A DNA stretch of 47,159 bases from Dehalococcoidia bacterium (GCA_030602805.1 JAUVZA010000002.1:1-47159); one strand, 5' to 3'; numbered from the stretch's first letter, positions 1-9,063 are shown. Notes: generated from the sequence alone by a model not told the origin. Translations and numbers: made by a program.

Positions 1-87
1 CCTACTACCTACTTGGACGGTGGTCATCGGGTCTGGCTCTCGTACCTCAATGTCTGCCTCTTCAAATAAGCTCATTGTTGTGGTCAT
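1..87 (-). CDS. hypothetical protein, first 29 codons only (gene runs off the left edge)
   Basis: Minus-strand ATG at 87 is preceded by a GAAAGGAGGTG Shine-Dalgarno. It reads MTTTMSLFEEADIEVREPDPMTTVQVGSR. It is absent from the ORF track because there is no stop inside the window. Confidence 0.35.
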   Translation of the reverse strand, partial: MTTTMSLFEEADIEVREPDPMTTVQVGSR

Positions 88-166
88 CTCTATCACCTCC
101 TTTCTCCTGATTTTTGGGCATAGTTACCCTTTCAAAGTGAGACACTTTACATCACTTTGCGACACT

Positions 167-460
167 TTACATCAGCGACTGCGTGCTACCGTGCCTGGTG
201 TGCTTCTGCTCCGCCTCTATTGCCCCATCGGGGATATCGTTGCGGATTGTTTCAATAGCTCCCTTGATGTAGTCCATCTTGTTGAGCTGGTCAATGAGAC
301 GGTTGAAGCGGTGCTCCATGTACTGGGGGAGGTTTGGTATCTTCTTGGCTACCTCTACTTTGGCTTTGGCTTCAGCAATAAACTGGTCTGCCAAGATAAC
401 CTGGTTCTCCACCTCATCCATAGCCTCACTCACCTTGACCGCACTCCACTTAATAGGCAT
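167..460 (-). CDS. hypothetical helical protein (phage-like module)
   Basis: The ORF track gives 167..508 with a TTG start. I prefer the internal ATG at 460 (MPIKWSAVKV...) because AAGGAGGTG lies about 6 nt upstream. No family recognised. Confidence 0.5.
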   Translation of the reverse strand: MPIKWSAVKVSEAMDEVENQVILADQFIAEAKAKVEVAKKIPNLPQYMEHRFNRLIDQLNKMDYIKGAIETIRNDIPDGAIEAEQKHTRHGSTQSLM

Positions 461-514
461 CTGTTTCACCTCCTTTCTGGGCATGGGTAGCCCTTTCAAT
501 TTTGCCAAAGTTAG

Positions 515-655
515 CTACTTGCCCTGTTTCTTTACTCTAGCTATGGAGAGGTAATCAGGACACTTTGGAGAGCACCGGTAGCTGTGTCCTTTCAGACACT
601 CCATACAGAGCCAGTAGCACTTTCTGGTGTTTTTACCCTTATAGACTATTTCCAT
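515..655 (-). CDS. small Cys-rich (Zn-ribbon-like) protein, 46 aa
   Basis: Below the ORF-track cutoff. ATG at 655 follows an AAGGAG RBS. It reads MEIVYKGKNTRKCYWLCMECLKGHSYRCSPKCPDYLSIARVKKQGK with a TAG stop at 515-517. Confidence 0.45.
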   Translation of the reverse strand: MEIVYKGKNTRKCYWLCMECLKGHSYRCSPKCPDYLSIARVKKQGK

Positions 656-682
656 TTTTCTCCTTCTCTGGCTGAATTTGGC

Positions 683-721
683 AAAAAGAGGGGGTCGGTA
701 TTCTTGGGATTCCCGACCCCC
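683..721 (-). terminator. rho-independent terminator after the 756..965 gene
   Basis: GGGGGTCGG (690-698) pairs with CCGACCCCC (713-721). The A-run at 683-687 on the plus strand is a U-run after the hairpin on the minus strand. Confidence 0.6.
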
Positions 722-755
722 TTCCCACTTGACCTGGTAGGCTATTCACTTTCAT

Positions 756-965
756 TTAGGCTACTGTTGCCAGCTCGAACCTGTTGACTAGACCCACTAT
801 GCTAGACCGGGCAAGGTGATGTATCTCTTCTAGTGAGTCAAGCCACACTCGTTGAGCATTAGCAAGCGTTGGCTCAATGTCGTTTTCCTCAAGCTCCTCC
901 AGTAAGACGGAGGCGATTAGCTCGCAGTCTATCCATTGAGCTAGCTCAACTTTTGCGTTGGACAT
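756..965 (-). CDS. hypothetical acidic protein, 69 aa
   Basis: ORF track entry. A G-rich RBS (AAAGGGGGTAG) lies upstream and a terminator follows it. No family recognised. Confidence 0.5.
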   Translation of the reverse strand: MSNAKVELAQWIDCELIASVLLEELEENDIEPTLANAQRVWLDSLEEIHHLARSSIVGLVNRFELATVA

Positions 966-985
966 ACTACCCCCTTTCTAGCCAC

Positions 986-1060
986 AAAAAGAGGGGTATC
1001 CTTCCCACGCTACGGGGAAGAATACCCCTGAAAAAAGCAAAAAAGCGGGGTTACCCCCGC
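986..1060 (-). terminator. two tandem rho-independent terminators after the clamp-like gene
   Basis: Hairpin 992-1029 (AGGGGTATCCTTCCC / GGGGAAGAATACCCCT) and hairpin 1045-1060 (GCGGGG tta CCCCCGC). Each is preceded by an A-run on the plus strand, which is a U-tract on the minus strand. Confidence 0.65.
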
Positions 1061-1102
1061 TCTCTTGCGTGGCTGTTTGCTTTTGTGTGTCAAGCGTTCT
1101 TA

Positions 1103-2317
1103 TTAGGTAGTAACCGCTTCTTTTTTGCGGTTACGCTTTGTCTTTTTCTCGGATACTGGCTCGGCTTCTGGCTCGGTAGTGGTCGGCTCGGCTTGCTCGG
1201 CTTTAGCTTCCCTATCCTTTTTAGCTTGCTTATTAGCGTAGTCGGTTAGCATTGGCATAACTACCAGTTGATAACCATTGGCACTAAAGAGTGTCGGGCT
1301 GTAGGCATTGGTGAGCTTAAACTCTACCATACCACCGCAAGCCTTAAGAGCTTCGGCAAGATATTTGCCGTCTAGCCTAACCTTGACTTCCCCATCAGTG
1401 TCGGCTACTAGCTCGGCTTGACCCTTATCATCAGGATTAGCCATCACCATTTTACCGTCGCCAATGGTCAAGTCAATCGGATAGTCTTTTGGATTGTCGG
1501 CTATAGCCTTGAGTGAATTGACCGCCTTGATTGCCTCTATCGTGTCAAAGTGGGCTATGGTATTAAAAGAGGTAGGGATTAGCTTGCCATAGTCGGGATA
1601 ATCACCATTGACGCTAATCCACTTATAGCGGATTAGCTCGGTGTCTATAATGAGGCTCATACCATCAAGGCTCTCTCCGCTAGGCTCAAAACTAACCCTA
1701 GCCCGCTTTGCCCGCTTAAGAGCATTAGCTATGCCCTTTAGGTCGTCGGCATTGACTAGGGCTTGCCCCTCTCCGTCATCATAGTCAAGGTCAATTATTG
1801 CTAGCCTAAAACCATCGGCACTAACCAGCGTCAATTTACCCTCTTTCGCTATAAACTTGACACATTGGAGTATAGGTCTAGCGTCGTCTTTAGCGACAAA
1901 GGGTATAACCCTTGATAGTGCGTCGGCTAGCTCACCAGCCCCGACATTGGGCTTGACGGAGTTGCTAGGGCTTATCCTAACATCACAGATGGTCATTGGC
2001 GTTTTATCGCCTATCCAGTCAAAGTCGGCTAAATAACTGGTATTGCTTCCGCAGATAACCTTAAGCCTCTTATGTCCGTTAGCCTGCGACCCGCTAGCAC
2101 TAGCGTCGGGGATAACCTTGACTATATTGCTACCCCCTAAAGCCTTTAGGTATCCGAGTAAGCCTCTACGTTCTAGAGTAATATCCATCAGGATTACTCT
2201 ACTGGCAATTGCCATTAACAGGGCATTTACCAGCATAGCCTTGTGTGCGACAAAGCCCTCGCCTGAACGCTTGCCCACGATATTCAATTGTTCCAAAAAC
2301 AACCCCCTTTTTGGCAT
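1103..2317 (-). CDS. DNA polymerase III beta sliding-clamp-like protein (phage-type DnaN homologue) with a Lys/Glu-rich tail
   Basis: Clamp-like motifs: RPILQCVKF..GKLTLVSADGFRLA, GDYPDYGKLIP, and YQLVVMPML near the C-terminus (E. coli beta ends YVVMPMRL). The N-terminal ~100 aa are unassigned, so the true start may be internal. Confidence 0.6.
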   Translation of the reverse strand: MPKRGLFLEQLNIVGKRSGEGFVAHKAMLVNALLMAIASRVILMDITLERRGLLGYLKALGGSNIVKVIPDASASGSQANGHKRLKVICGSNTSYLADFDWIGDKTPMTICDVRISPSNSVKPNVGAGELADALSRVIPFVAKDDARPILQCVKFIAKEGKLTLVSADGFRLAIIDLDYDDGEGQALVNADDLKGIANALKRAKRARVSFEPSGESLDGMSLIIDTELIRYKWISVNGDYPDYGKLIPTSFNTIAHFDTIEAIKAVNSLKAIADNPKDYPIDLTIGDGKMVMANPDDKGQAELVADTDGEVKVRLDGKYLAEALKACGGMVEFKLTNAYSPTLFSANGYQLVVMPMLTDYANKQAKKDREAKAEQAEPTTTEPEAEPVSEKKTKRNRKKEAVTT

Positions 2318-2437
2318 TGGCTAGAGTGGGCAAAGCTCTAACCTAGCCTAGTAGTAACTTGCCGATTGACCGCAACTCGCTGGCTCAATCGGAAGCTCCA
2401 CTATGTATAATCGTTTTAGGGGGGTAAAATCTCCCCC

Positions 2438-2902
2438 CTAAAGTAGCCTTTTTTGCTGTCGCTTTCGCCAACGACATAGGTAGTTTAGCTCTACTTGAGT
2501 GAGTTTTTGCCCGTTGACTATCTTATGGGCTATCTGGACTAGCCTCATTGGGCAACCTAGCGTAAAGGTTTTAGCGTCTAGCCAAGCGTCAAGGTCAATT
2601 GCCTTGTCATCAGCTATGGTGTCTATTAGCTCGGTAGTGTTACCATCGCTGTCCTCTATATCGGTATTGAGGCTTAATATAGTTAGCTGTCGTTTAAGGT
2701 GTCGCCAATACTTCTGGCACTCATAAGAGCCTATCCGTAGCATAGCTATGTCGGATAATTGCCCGACCCCGTTGTTGTCTAGCCTCAATTGAGCGTCGGC
2801 AAGGCTCAATATAATGGTATGGTTTAGGTCTTCTCTATCCTGCCACTTTGCCTTGTGTTGTAGTTTATCGGCTGTGGTGATATACTTGCCCCAATCTAGC
2901 AT
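2438..2902 (-). CDS. phage-like regulatory protein of unknown family (paralogue of the fragment at 14688..15149)
   Basis: 154-aa ORF. The block DREDLNHTIILSLADA...LSLNTDIEDSDGNTTELIDTIADDKAIDLDAWLD is mirrored in the second copy. The function call is a guess. Confidence 0.55.
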   Translation of the reverse strand: MLDWGKYITTADKLQHKAKWQDREDLNHTIILSLADAQLRLDNNGVGQLSDIAMLRIGSYECQKYWRHLKRQLTILSLNTDIEDSDGNTTELIDTIADDKAIDLDAWLDAKTFTLGCPMRLVQIAHKIVNGQKLTQVELNYLCRWRKRQQKRLL

Positions 2903-2927
2903 TGTGAGCGACGCTCCTTTGTTAGAT

Positions 2928-2985
2928 TTGCCCTAGTCTTATCGTTGTCGGTGGCTAGGGCATTTGTTTGCCCTTGACTGGGCAA
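2928..2985. promoter_or_regulatory. operator-like array of GGGCA/TGCCC half-sites upstream of the 2438..2902 gene
   Basis: Overlapping palindromes AGGGCA-N6-TGCCCT (2957-2974) and TTGCCC-N6-GGGCAA (2968-2985), plus TTGCCC at 2928-2933. Half-site centres are about 11 nt apart. Confidence 0.4.
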
Positions 2986-3165
2986 GTGTCCAGCTTTAGC
3001 TTTGAGCTATATTCAATTGTTAAGGTGCTTTTGTTTTTCCAATTCAATTATGTAACAAAAGAGCTTTTTGTTTAGCTAAATCTATCATCCAACAAAAGGA
3101 ACGATTGTTAAATTTCAGAATGAACCTATATTTTCGTAATATTATTGATAAGGTATTTTTCTGAA

Positions 3166-3201
3166 ACAAAAAAGCCCCCCGACCCGTTGGGATCGGGGGG
3201 C
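3166..3201 (-). terminator. rho-independent terminator with no associated ORF
   Basis: GCCCCCCGA (3174-3182) pairs with TCGGGGGGC (3193-3201). It is preceded on the plus strand by ACAAAAAA, so it is followed by UUUUUUGU on the minus strand. Confidence 0.6.
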
Positions 3202-3425
3202 TTGTAGAGACGGCACAGATTAAGCTATGCTGTGCTACTGAGGTACCTCTGAGCATTCAGGTCTGTGGCTGTTTATCCAGTGGCTTCAGAGAGGCTGAAC
3301 GTCAGTATAAAAGTTCTGTCTATTGTACACGTTGGCCCACCACATTTAACCACCCCACAGAATAATATTTGCAGTTTTCCTGGTTCCTATTATATCAGTT
3401 GAGTTTGGAGCCAAACTTTAATCTA

Positions 3426-3434
3426 TGATATAAT
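3426..3434 (+). promoter_or_regulatory. extended -10 element (TGATATAAT) for smpB
   Basis: TGnTATAAT lies 14 nt upstream of the GTG start at 3448. This implies a very short leader. Confidence 0.4.
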
Positions 3435-3447
3435 TTAAACCAGAGAT

Positions 3448-3912
3448 GTGGCTATAAAGACGGTAGCTACCAATCGCAAAGCCTATCATAATTATCTTAT
3501 ACAGGATAGGGTAGAAGCGGGTATCGTGCTTACCGGCACCGAGATAAAATCAATCCGAGCCGGGAGAGTAAGTTTAAGTGATGCCTATGTTAGACCTGAG
3601 GCTGGGGAATTATGGTTACTAAATGCTCATATTGCCCGCTATGAAGCAGGTAGCTATTTAAGCCATGAACCGACACGACCCCGAAAGCTTCTGCTACATC
3701 GCAAGCAGATTGATAATCTCACCAGCAAAGTGCTGGAAAAGAGCTTGACATTAGTTCCACTAAAATTATATATTAAAGATAGCGTTGTCAAGGTTGAGGT
3801 GGCCTTAGCCAAAGGTAAAAAGTTATATGACAAGCGAGAGTCTATAATTCGCCGTGAGACAGAAAGAGAGATTGGGCGAGCTCTGAAAAGACAAAAGTAT
3901 CAAAGGAGGTAG
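3448..3912 (+). CDS. smpB: SsrA-binding protein SmpB
   Basis: KAYHNYLIQDRVEAGIVLTGTEIKSIRAGRVSLSDAYV and a basic C-terminal tail. It lies immediately upstream of the tmRNA. Confidence 0.97.
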   Translation: MAIKTVATNRKAYHNYLIQDRVEAGIVLTGTEIKSIRAGRVSLSDAYVRPEAGELWLLNAHIARYEAGSYLSHEPTRPRKLLLHRKQIDNLTSKVLEKSLTLVPLKLYIKDSVVKVEVALAKGKKLYDKRESIIRRETEREIGRALKRQKYQRR

Positions 3913-3939
3913 TTTATATTTAAGCTGTCCTTAGTAAGT

Positions 3940-4292
3940 GGGGACGCGCGGGTTCGACAGGGGGAGTAGACTACTGGATTGCAAGCTGAGGTGCCACTAA
4001 CCTCATTAAACAAGTGGCAAAAAAATAACTGGCAAAGAACCAGTTTTCGCTGCCTAATTAAATAGGTAGCACATCCAACCTGACCCCACCTCAACGGGTT
4101 GGGATTGGGTGCCGAAAAGTTGAGGTGCCACTGCTCGGATGCCGATGAGAGCAGTGAAAGAATTATCGGCTGGCTTGGCTAAACTCGGTCAGTAGAGGCT
4201 AGCCAGGTAAGATAAAAGAGCTGACTAAGCTTGTAGTATATTCTGGGGAGCTTCCGCTGGACGGGGAGTTCGATTCTCCCCCGTCTCCACCA
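3940..4292 (+). ncRNA. ssrA: transfer-messenger RNA (tmRNA)
   Basis: 5' GGGGACGCGCGGGTTCGACAGGG pairs with 3' CGTCTCCACCA, including a G3:U pair. T-arm is GGAGTTCGATTCTCC. Length is 353 nt. Candidate tag ORF at 4031-4057 is GGC AAA GAA CCA GTT TTC GCT GCC TAA (GKEPVFAA). Confidence 0.9.
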
Positions 4293-5394
4293 GAGAATCA
4301 GCGGGTTCATGGCTTAAGCCGGAGCCCGTTCCTTTTTGCTTAATCAGCCGCAATGGTGAGTATCGCTCTAAAGCTTCCCGCAATTGAGGCATTGGGAATT
4401 TAATATAACGGTCGTTCTGGCCAGGAATCTTGTCTCTTATCAATCGCATGGCAATGAATTCATCGTTGCTCGCAGTTGCCACTAGAGTTGCGAATGACCG
4501 GCGCAAGTCATGGCCTGTAATCCCACTTATTCCAGCTCTGGCACACAGCCGGGCAACAAGCTGGGCCATGCCGTCTTCACCGAGCGGTTCCCTCTGCCCA
4601 CTACGAATTCTGTTGGCCAAGATTACGTGATCTTCAGGCTTAAGACCACGTGCCAATTCTTTTAGCCTTTCCTCAGTCTCGTGTAAAATGGGCGTCCATT
4701 CGTCGCGCTCCTTACCTCTACACCAAATCACCCCGTTCCTGATGCCAACGACATCACCAGCTAATATACGGCTAACTTCAACCTGCCGCCAGCCGTGCCC
4801 AAGCAGAAGATCCAAGCATACTCTTTCCCTCTTTGAATCTGGCGTATTATCTATCTCACGCACTTCTTCCAAAGAGAGTGTCTTAATCGGCCTTTTAGTT
4901 ACGATAGGCCTGTCAAGAACATCAAGAGGATTACTTGGCCAGCCGAAATTCATGACAGCGTGCTCGTATAGCATATGTAGAAGATCGTGATGGTTACGTT
5001 TATGTCGTCCAGTCTCACCATCGAATTGGTTAAGATAACTCATAATTGATTCGGGCTTTTCAGGTAACCATGTAAATGCTCTCTCGAATTGATTAAGTCT
5101 CTTCTTATAAGTTTTGTATGTATTTCCCTTTACTCGTTTATACGTTTTGAAGGCTAGGAAGCTATCAATCACATCGCGAGTCCGCAGCTGTTTATCGAAT
5201 CCTTTGTTTTTTGCAATTTCAGACAAGAGTAATTCTGGCCGGGGTTGCTTATCTTGTAGGTATTCCTGTGCTACTAACTGATGCTCACCCGTTTCTGCCT
5301 TTATTTTTCCTCCTCCCGGAACCTCAGCCTCTATATAAAGTGGCTTCACCGTCCATCGCACTTTTTCCTCTAATGGTTCCATTTGATCTCCCAT
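4225..5394 (-). CDS. tyrosine-type site-specific integrase (island integrase)
   Basis: Contains GWRQVEV, HDLRRSFAT and DRYIKF (catalytic Tyr). The last ~22 codons (SLVETGENRTPRP...) are encoded antisense to the tmRNA 3' end (4225-4292). Confidence 0.9.
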   Translation of the reverse strand: MGDQMEPLEEKVRWTVKPLYIEAEVPGGGKIKAETGEHQLVAQEYLQDKQPRPELLLSEIAKNKGFDKQLRTRDVIDSFLAFKTYKRVKGNTYKTYKKRLNQFERAFTWLPEKPESIMSYLNQFDGETGRHKRNHHDLLHMLYEHAVMNFGWPSNPLDVLDRPIVTKRPIKTLSLEEVREIDNTPDSKRERVCLDLLLGHGWRQVEVSRILAGDVVGIRNGVIWCRGKERDEWTPILHETEERLKELARGLKPEDHVILANRIRSGQREPLGEDGMAQLVARLCARAGISGITGHDLRRSFATLVATASNDEFIAMRLIRDKIPGQNDRYIKFPMPQLREALERYSPLRLIKQKGTGSGLSHEPADSLVETGENRTPRPAEAPQNILQA

Positions 5395-5437
5395 ATTTTT
5401 ACTCCCTTTGCCTTTATGATAAGAAGAGACCTTTCAT

Positions 5438-5686
5438 TTATTCAGTTTCAGTACCCTTTGATTCTATCTTACCAACTCCCACCTTCCCCTGTCCTTCCTC
5501 ATCGTAAGGACACCCCTCACATGTATCCCTTATACCACAATCAATAAATCCCTCGATTACAGCCGAAAGGTTCCTTTCATCTTCTTTCTTCATCCATCGC
5601 CTAAGACCATCAAGAATGTGTGGATCGATCGTTATGCTAAGCGTTGTGCGGTGCCTTTTCGTTCTTGTTGTCTTGCATAATACCAT
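5438..5686 (-). CDS. ribbon-helix-helix (CopG-like) protein, possible excisionase or regulator
   Basis: TTLSITIDPHILDGLRRW...NLSAVIEGFI fits an RHH fold pattern. It lies directly upstream of the integrase on the same strand. Confidence 0.5.
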   Translation of the reverse strand: MVLCKTTRTKRHRTTLSITIDPHILDGLRRWMKKEDERNLSAVIEGFIDCGIRDTCEGCPYDEEGQGKVGVGKIESKGTETE

Positions 5687-6002
5687 AGCTATATCTAGCC
5701 TCCTCTATAATCCATGAAACAACGTATTATTGTTATTTATAATATATTACCCAATATCTTTTGTCAAGTTTATAACAATACCAAGAGAAAAGTCGAGGTT
5801 TTCAAATAGTTAAAAATGGGGGACTTACTAGAAGAGGTTCAGTCTTTGGGCAAGTCAACAATACTGCCCTTTTGTTGAAACTCCACGCCTATTCAGATAG
5901 GTAAATACCCCGTCAGGATACAGGGGCAGAGCATCCCTAACGGGAAATAATTCTAACCTGGATGTGCCATACAATAATCGTTCCTTTTTTATCTAGATCA
6001 CC

Positions 6003-7385
6003 TTAGCTCAGCAAGCGGATAATCTGACCTACATCGACCACATCCTCCAGTCCCTCTACCATTTGCACTGCCTTGTCCAGCTTTTCCCCAGGAATAACCT
6101 TGGCTGCATAGCTGGCACAGTTCCGAAACTTCATCGTTAGCCCCTTCATGCTCAGCGGGTTCTGTGGACTGCCGAGTGGATGATCAACTCGCTTGGAATA
6201 GGTTTTACCTTTTTTGGTTATTATTTCGGTTATCCCAGGCTCTACTTCTCTACGGGCGAGGGTTTTATCTTCATGCATTTCCACCTTATGAGCCAACTGG
6301 AGAATTTTCTCATTCCTAATGGCCTCATCTGTAAAATGCCCTATCTCTACCTTGCGATAAGCGATGGCATTGGCCAGAGCCCACGGAAGGCTAAACTGGG
6401 ATGCCGTTGAGTTATGGGGTTTTCGCTTTATTTCCTCCGGTACACATAGACATGGATAGGTATGTGGACCGATTTGGGTGACCACCTTCTCCACGTCTTC
6501 GGCTTTGATATCATTTTCCATTACCAAGGCCAGAGCAGCATCAATAAAGGGATGATTTAACCGGCAGCACGGGTAGGGTTTAAAGCTGTCATCTTCAACC
6601 ATGAAATATTTTCCCAGGTCTCCGGTTAGACGTTCAGGAATGTATTCCCCCCGCTGGTAGAGGTTAAATATTCCCCACTCCCCGTCCATAGGCTCATTGC
6701 TTCCGGTGAGCCCCCTTTCCGCCATCAGTGCCGAGACAAGGCCCCCTCTGGCGGCAAAGCCTGAACCCATCGCCTTGGTTGTGTAGCCCTTCAGCACAAG
6801 CTGACACATTGTCCCCGCTGATTGATGATAGGCGATACCCATAGCATTCAGTATCTTGCTCTCTTCCAGACCGAGTATCTTGGCGTTAACAGCTGTGGCG
6901 CCGAAGTAGCCATAAATGGCGGAGAAATCCCAACCGTAACCGCCCATCATGCTCACCGGGCTAGCATGGGACAGGCGGCAACTCAAGTCAATGCCTAAAG
7001 CCACTGCCGGGATAAATTCTCTACCTCCCACCCCTCCTTTGTGCTCAGCGATGGCAAGACCTGCGAACACCACCGGCACCGCCGGGTGGAGACCTGCCAC
7101 GTCATGGGTATCATCAAAATCCAGGGCTCGACCCATACTGCCGTTGACCAAGGCGGCCTGGGGAGCAGGAACACGGTTGCCAAAAGCAACAACAGTGCTC
7201 TCTTCCTTCCCTCCCCACTCAACAACTAGCTCATTCAGTTGCTTCATCCCGAACGCTGAACTTCCGCCTAAAGCACAGGCCAGGGCATCCAAAGTCAGTT
7301 TCTTTGTCATCTCAATTACTGCTGGGCTAAGTGTCCCATAATCAACATTTACAATGTTTTTAGCCAGAATACGTGTAACTTCCAT
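6003..7385 (-). CDS. MmgE/PrpD family protein
   Basis: 460 aa with a typical MmgE/PrpD layout (LDALACALGG, DFDDTH, YHQSAGT, KPYPCCR). AAGGAGAA RBS lies 5 nt upstream. Confidence 0.85.
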   Translation of the reverse strand: MEVTRILAKNIVNVDYGTLSPAVIEMTKKLTLDALACALGGSSAFGMKQLNELVVEWGGKEESTVVAFGNRVPAPQAALVNGSMGRALDFDDTHDVAGLHPAVPVVFAGLAIAEHKGGVGGREFIPAVALGIDLSCRLSHASPVSMMGGYGWDFSAIYGYFGATAVNAKILGLEESKILNAMGIAYHQSAGTMCQLVLKGYTTKAMGSGFAARGGLVSALMAERGLTGSNEPMDGEWGIFNLYQRGEYIPERLTGDLGKYFMVEDDSFKPYPCCRLNHPFIDAALALVMENDIKAEDVEKVVTQIGPHTYPCLCVPEEIKRKPHNSTASQFSLPWALANAIAYRKVEIGHFTDEAIRNEKILQLAHKVEMHEDKTLARREVEPGITEIITKKGKTYSKRVDHPLGSPQNPLSMKGLTMKFRNCASYAAKVIPGEKLDKAVQMVEGLEDVVDVGQIIRLLS

Positions 7386-7400
7386 GTCATTCTCCTTGTT

Positions 7401-8168
7401 TTAGATATAACCAGAAACAGCAGCACTCCATCCTCCATCTATCGGTAGAATTACCCCGGTGATGAAACTGGCCTCATCTGATGTCAGGAAAACAGCTGCA
7501 TTGGCAATATCTTCAGGTGTAGCCATCCTCCCCAAAGGGGCACGCCTTTCAGATTCCTTGACGTTTATTACTCCCTTCTTAATGGAGTCCTTAATCAAAT
7601 CGGTCAGGACACCACCGGGAGCTATACAATTCACGTTAATATTATATTTGCCCCATTCCACGGCTAGGTCCTGGGTCATATTTATCACCGCCGCTTTTGA
7701 TGAGGCGTATGCACTACGCATAGGAACACCCCTCATGCCGGTAACTGAAGCGATATTGATGATTTTCCCCATCCGGTGAGCTATCATCCACTTCCCCACT
7801 TTCCGGCAACAGAGGTAAGTACCACGCAGGTTGATTGACATTATGCAGTCCCACATCTGTAGCGTTTGCTCTACAACAGGGGCAACCTGAAAAATACCAG
7901 CATTGTTGACCAGGATATGTATGCCACCGAGTTCATTGATTACCCTGTCTACCATCCTGTCAACTTGGTCTTCTTCAGACACATCAGCTTCTATGGCGAT
8001 AGCTTTTCGTCCCGTCTTTTTTATTGCCTCAGCTGTTCCTTCGGCAGAGGAGAGGTGGGCGGCATCCACCGCTACATCAGCCCCCTCTGCGGCAAGTGCC
8101 AGAGCTATGGCTCGACCAATGCCTCTTCCCGCTCCAGTAACCAAAGCGATCTTACCACTCAGTTTCAT
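7401..8168 (-). CDS. short-chain dehydrogenase/reductase (FabG-like)
   Basis: Contains TGAGRGIGRA, NNAG and YASSKAA. The ORF track starts at 8210, but MKLSGKIALVTGAG with a GGAGATGGGAGAA RBS fits the start at 8168. Confidence 0.9.
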   Translation of the reverse strand: MKLSGKIALVTGAGRGIGRAIALALAAEGADVAVDAAHLSSAEGTAEAIKKTGRKAIAIEADVSEEDQVDRMVDRVINELGGIHILVNNAGIFQVAPVVEQTLQMWDCIMSINLRGTYLCCRKVGKWMIAHRMGKIINIASVTGMRGVPMRSAYASSKAAVINMTQDLAVEWGKYNINVNCIAPGGVLTDLIKDSIKKGVINVKESERRAPLGRMATPEDIANAAVFLTSDEASFITGVILPIDGGWSAAVSGYI

Positions 8169-8356
8169 TTCTCCCATCTCCAGACTTGCCTTAGCAACCT
8201 CAGCCATCACCTCCTTTTTATTCTCTCCTAATCTCGAATACCAAGCACCGCTCCGTCCCGCTACCCAATCCCGGTGGCAGCCGCCCTCGCTCCCGAGTCA
8301 CGGGTTTCACAGAGATGAATCACGGTATCTCCGAGAAAGACAGCATGCTGACTCTA

Positions 8357-9016
8357 TCAAATACCCAATAACTTCTTGGCAACATCTACCGCAGCACTGG
8401 CATTCTGCCCATAGCCATCGGCCCCTATTTTATCCGCCCAATCCTGAGATACAGGAGCACCACCAACTATCACCTTCACATTTTCCCTTATACCTGCCTC
8501 TTTCAAGTCGTCAATAACTTCTTTTTGGCTTGGCATTGTTGTGGTAAGCAGAGCGGAAAGCAAAATAATATCCGCTTTTAACTCCCTTGCCTTCTCTACA
8601 AAGACGGAAGAGGGAATGTCAACACCTAAAAATTCGATATCAAATCCATTAGCAACAAGGAAGGTAGCTACCAGGTTTATGCCAATGACATGAATATCTC
8701 CTTTCACTGTGCCAGCTATACCTTTGGCCAGGTATTTAGCCTTTCCTCCGGATTTTTTGATAGCTTCTCCCAGGATATCGGTGGCGGCAGTCATCGCGTC
8801 TGCACTCATGACTAACTCGGGTAAGTATATCTCATCTTTTCCGAACATATTTCCTACTATCTGTATTCCCTTGGCAAAGCCCTCGTTGATAGCCAATGCA
8901 GGGTCAATACCCTTCTCCAGAGTCATTTTAGCTAACCGAATTGCCTCGGCCTCATCATAATTGACGATAGATTGTTGCATTTCGACAAAAAGCTCTCTAT
9001 TATCCATTTTTACCAT
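8357..9016 (-). CDS. corrinoid (B12-binding) methyl-carrier protein, MtbC/MttC/MtgC-like
   Basis: An N-terminal helical cap is followed by a Rossmann-like B12 domain with DxHxxG (GDIHVIG). It lies adjacent to the MttB-family gene. Confidence 0.85.
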   Translation of the reverse strand: MVKMDNRELFVEMQQSIVNYDEAEAIRLAKMTLEKGIDPALAINEGFAKGIQIVGNMFGKDEIYLPELVMSADAMTAATDILGEAIKKSGGKAKYLAKGIAGTVKGDIHVIGINLVATFLVANGFDIEFLGVDIPSSVFVEKARELKADIILLSALLTTTMPSQKEVIDDLKEAGIRENVKVIVGGAPVSQDWADKIGADGYGQNASAAVDVAKKLLGI

Positions 9017-9063
9017 CCTTTAATAATCTCTATTATTAGGTTGCTCAAACAAGTGGCCTCTTA

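Noticed and set aside
7903-8517. Long antisense ORFs, for example 20..490, 6949..7341, 7903..8517, 9782..10144, 29376..29762 and 39340..39684.
   Set aside because: Each lies fully inside, and opposite to, a gene with clear family motifs. Their low-complexity Ser/Pro/Ala-rich translations are typical of antisense frames.
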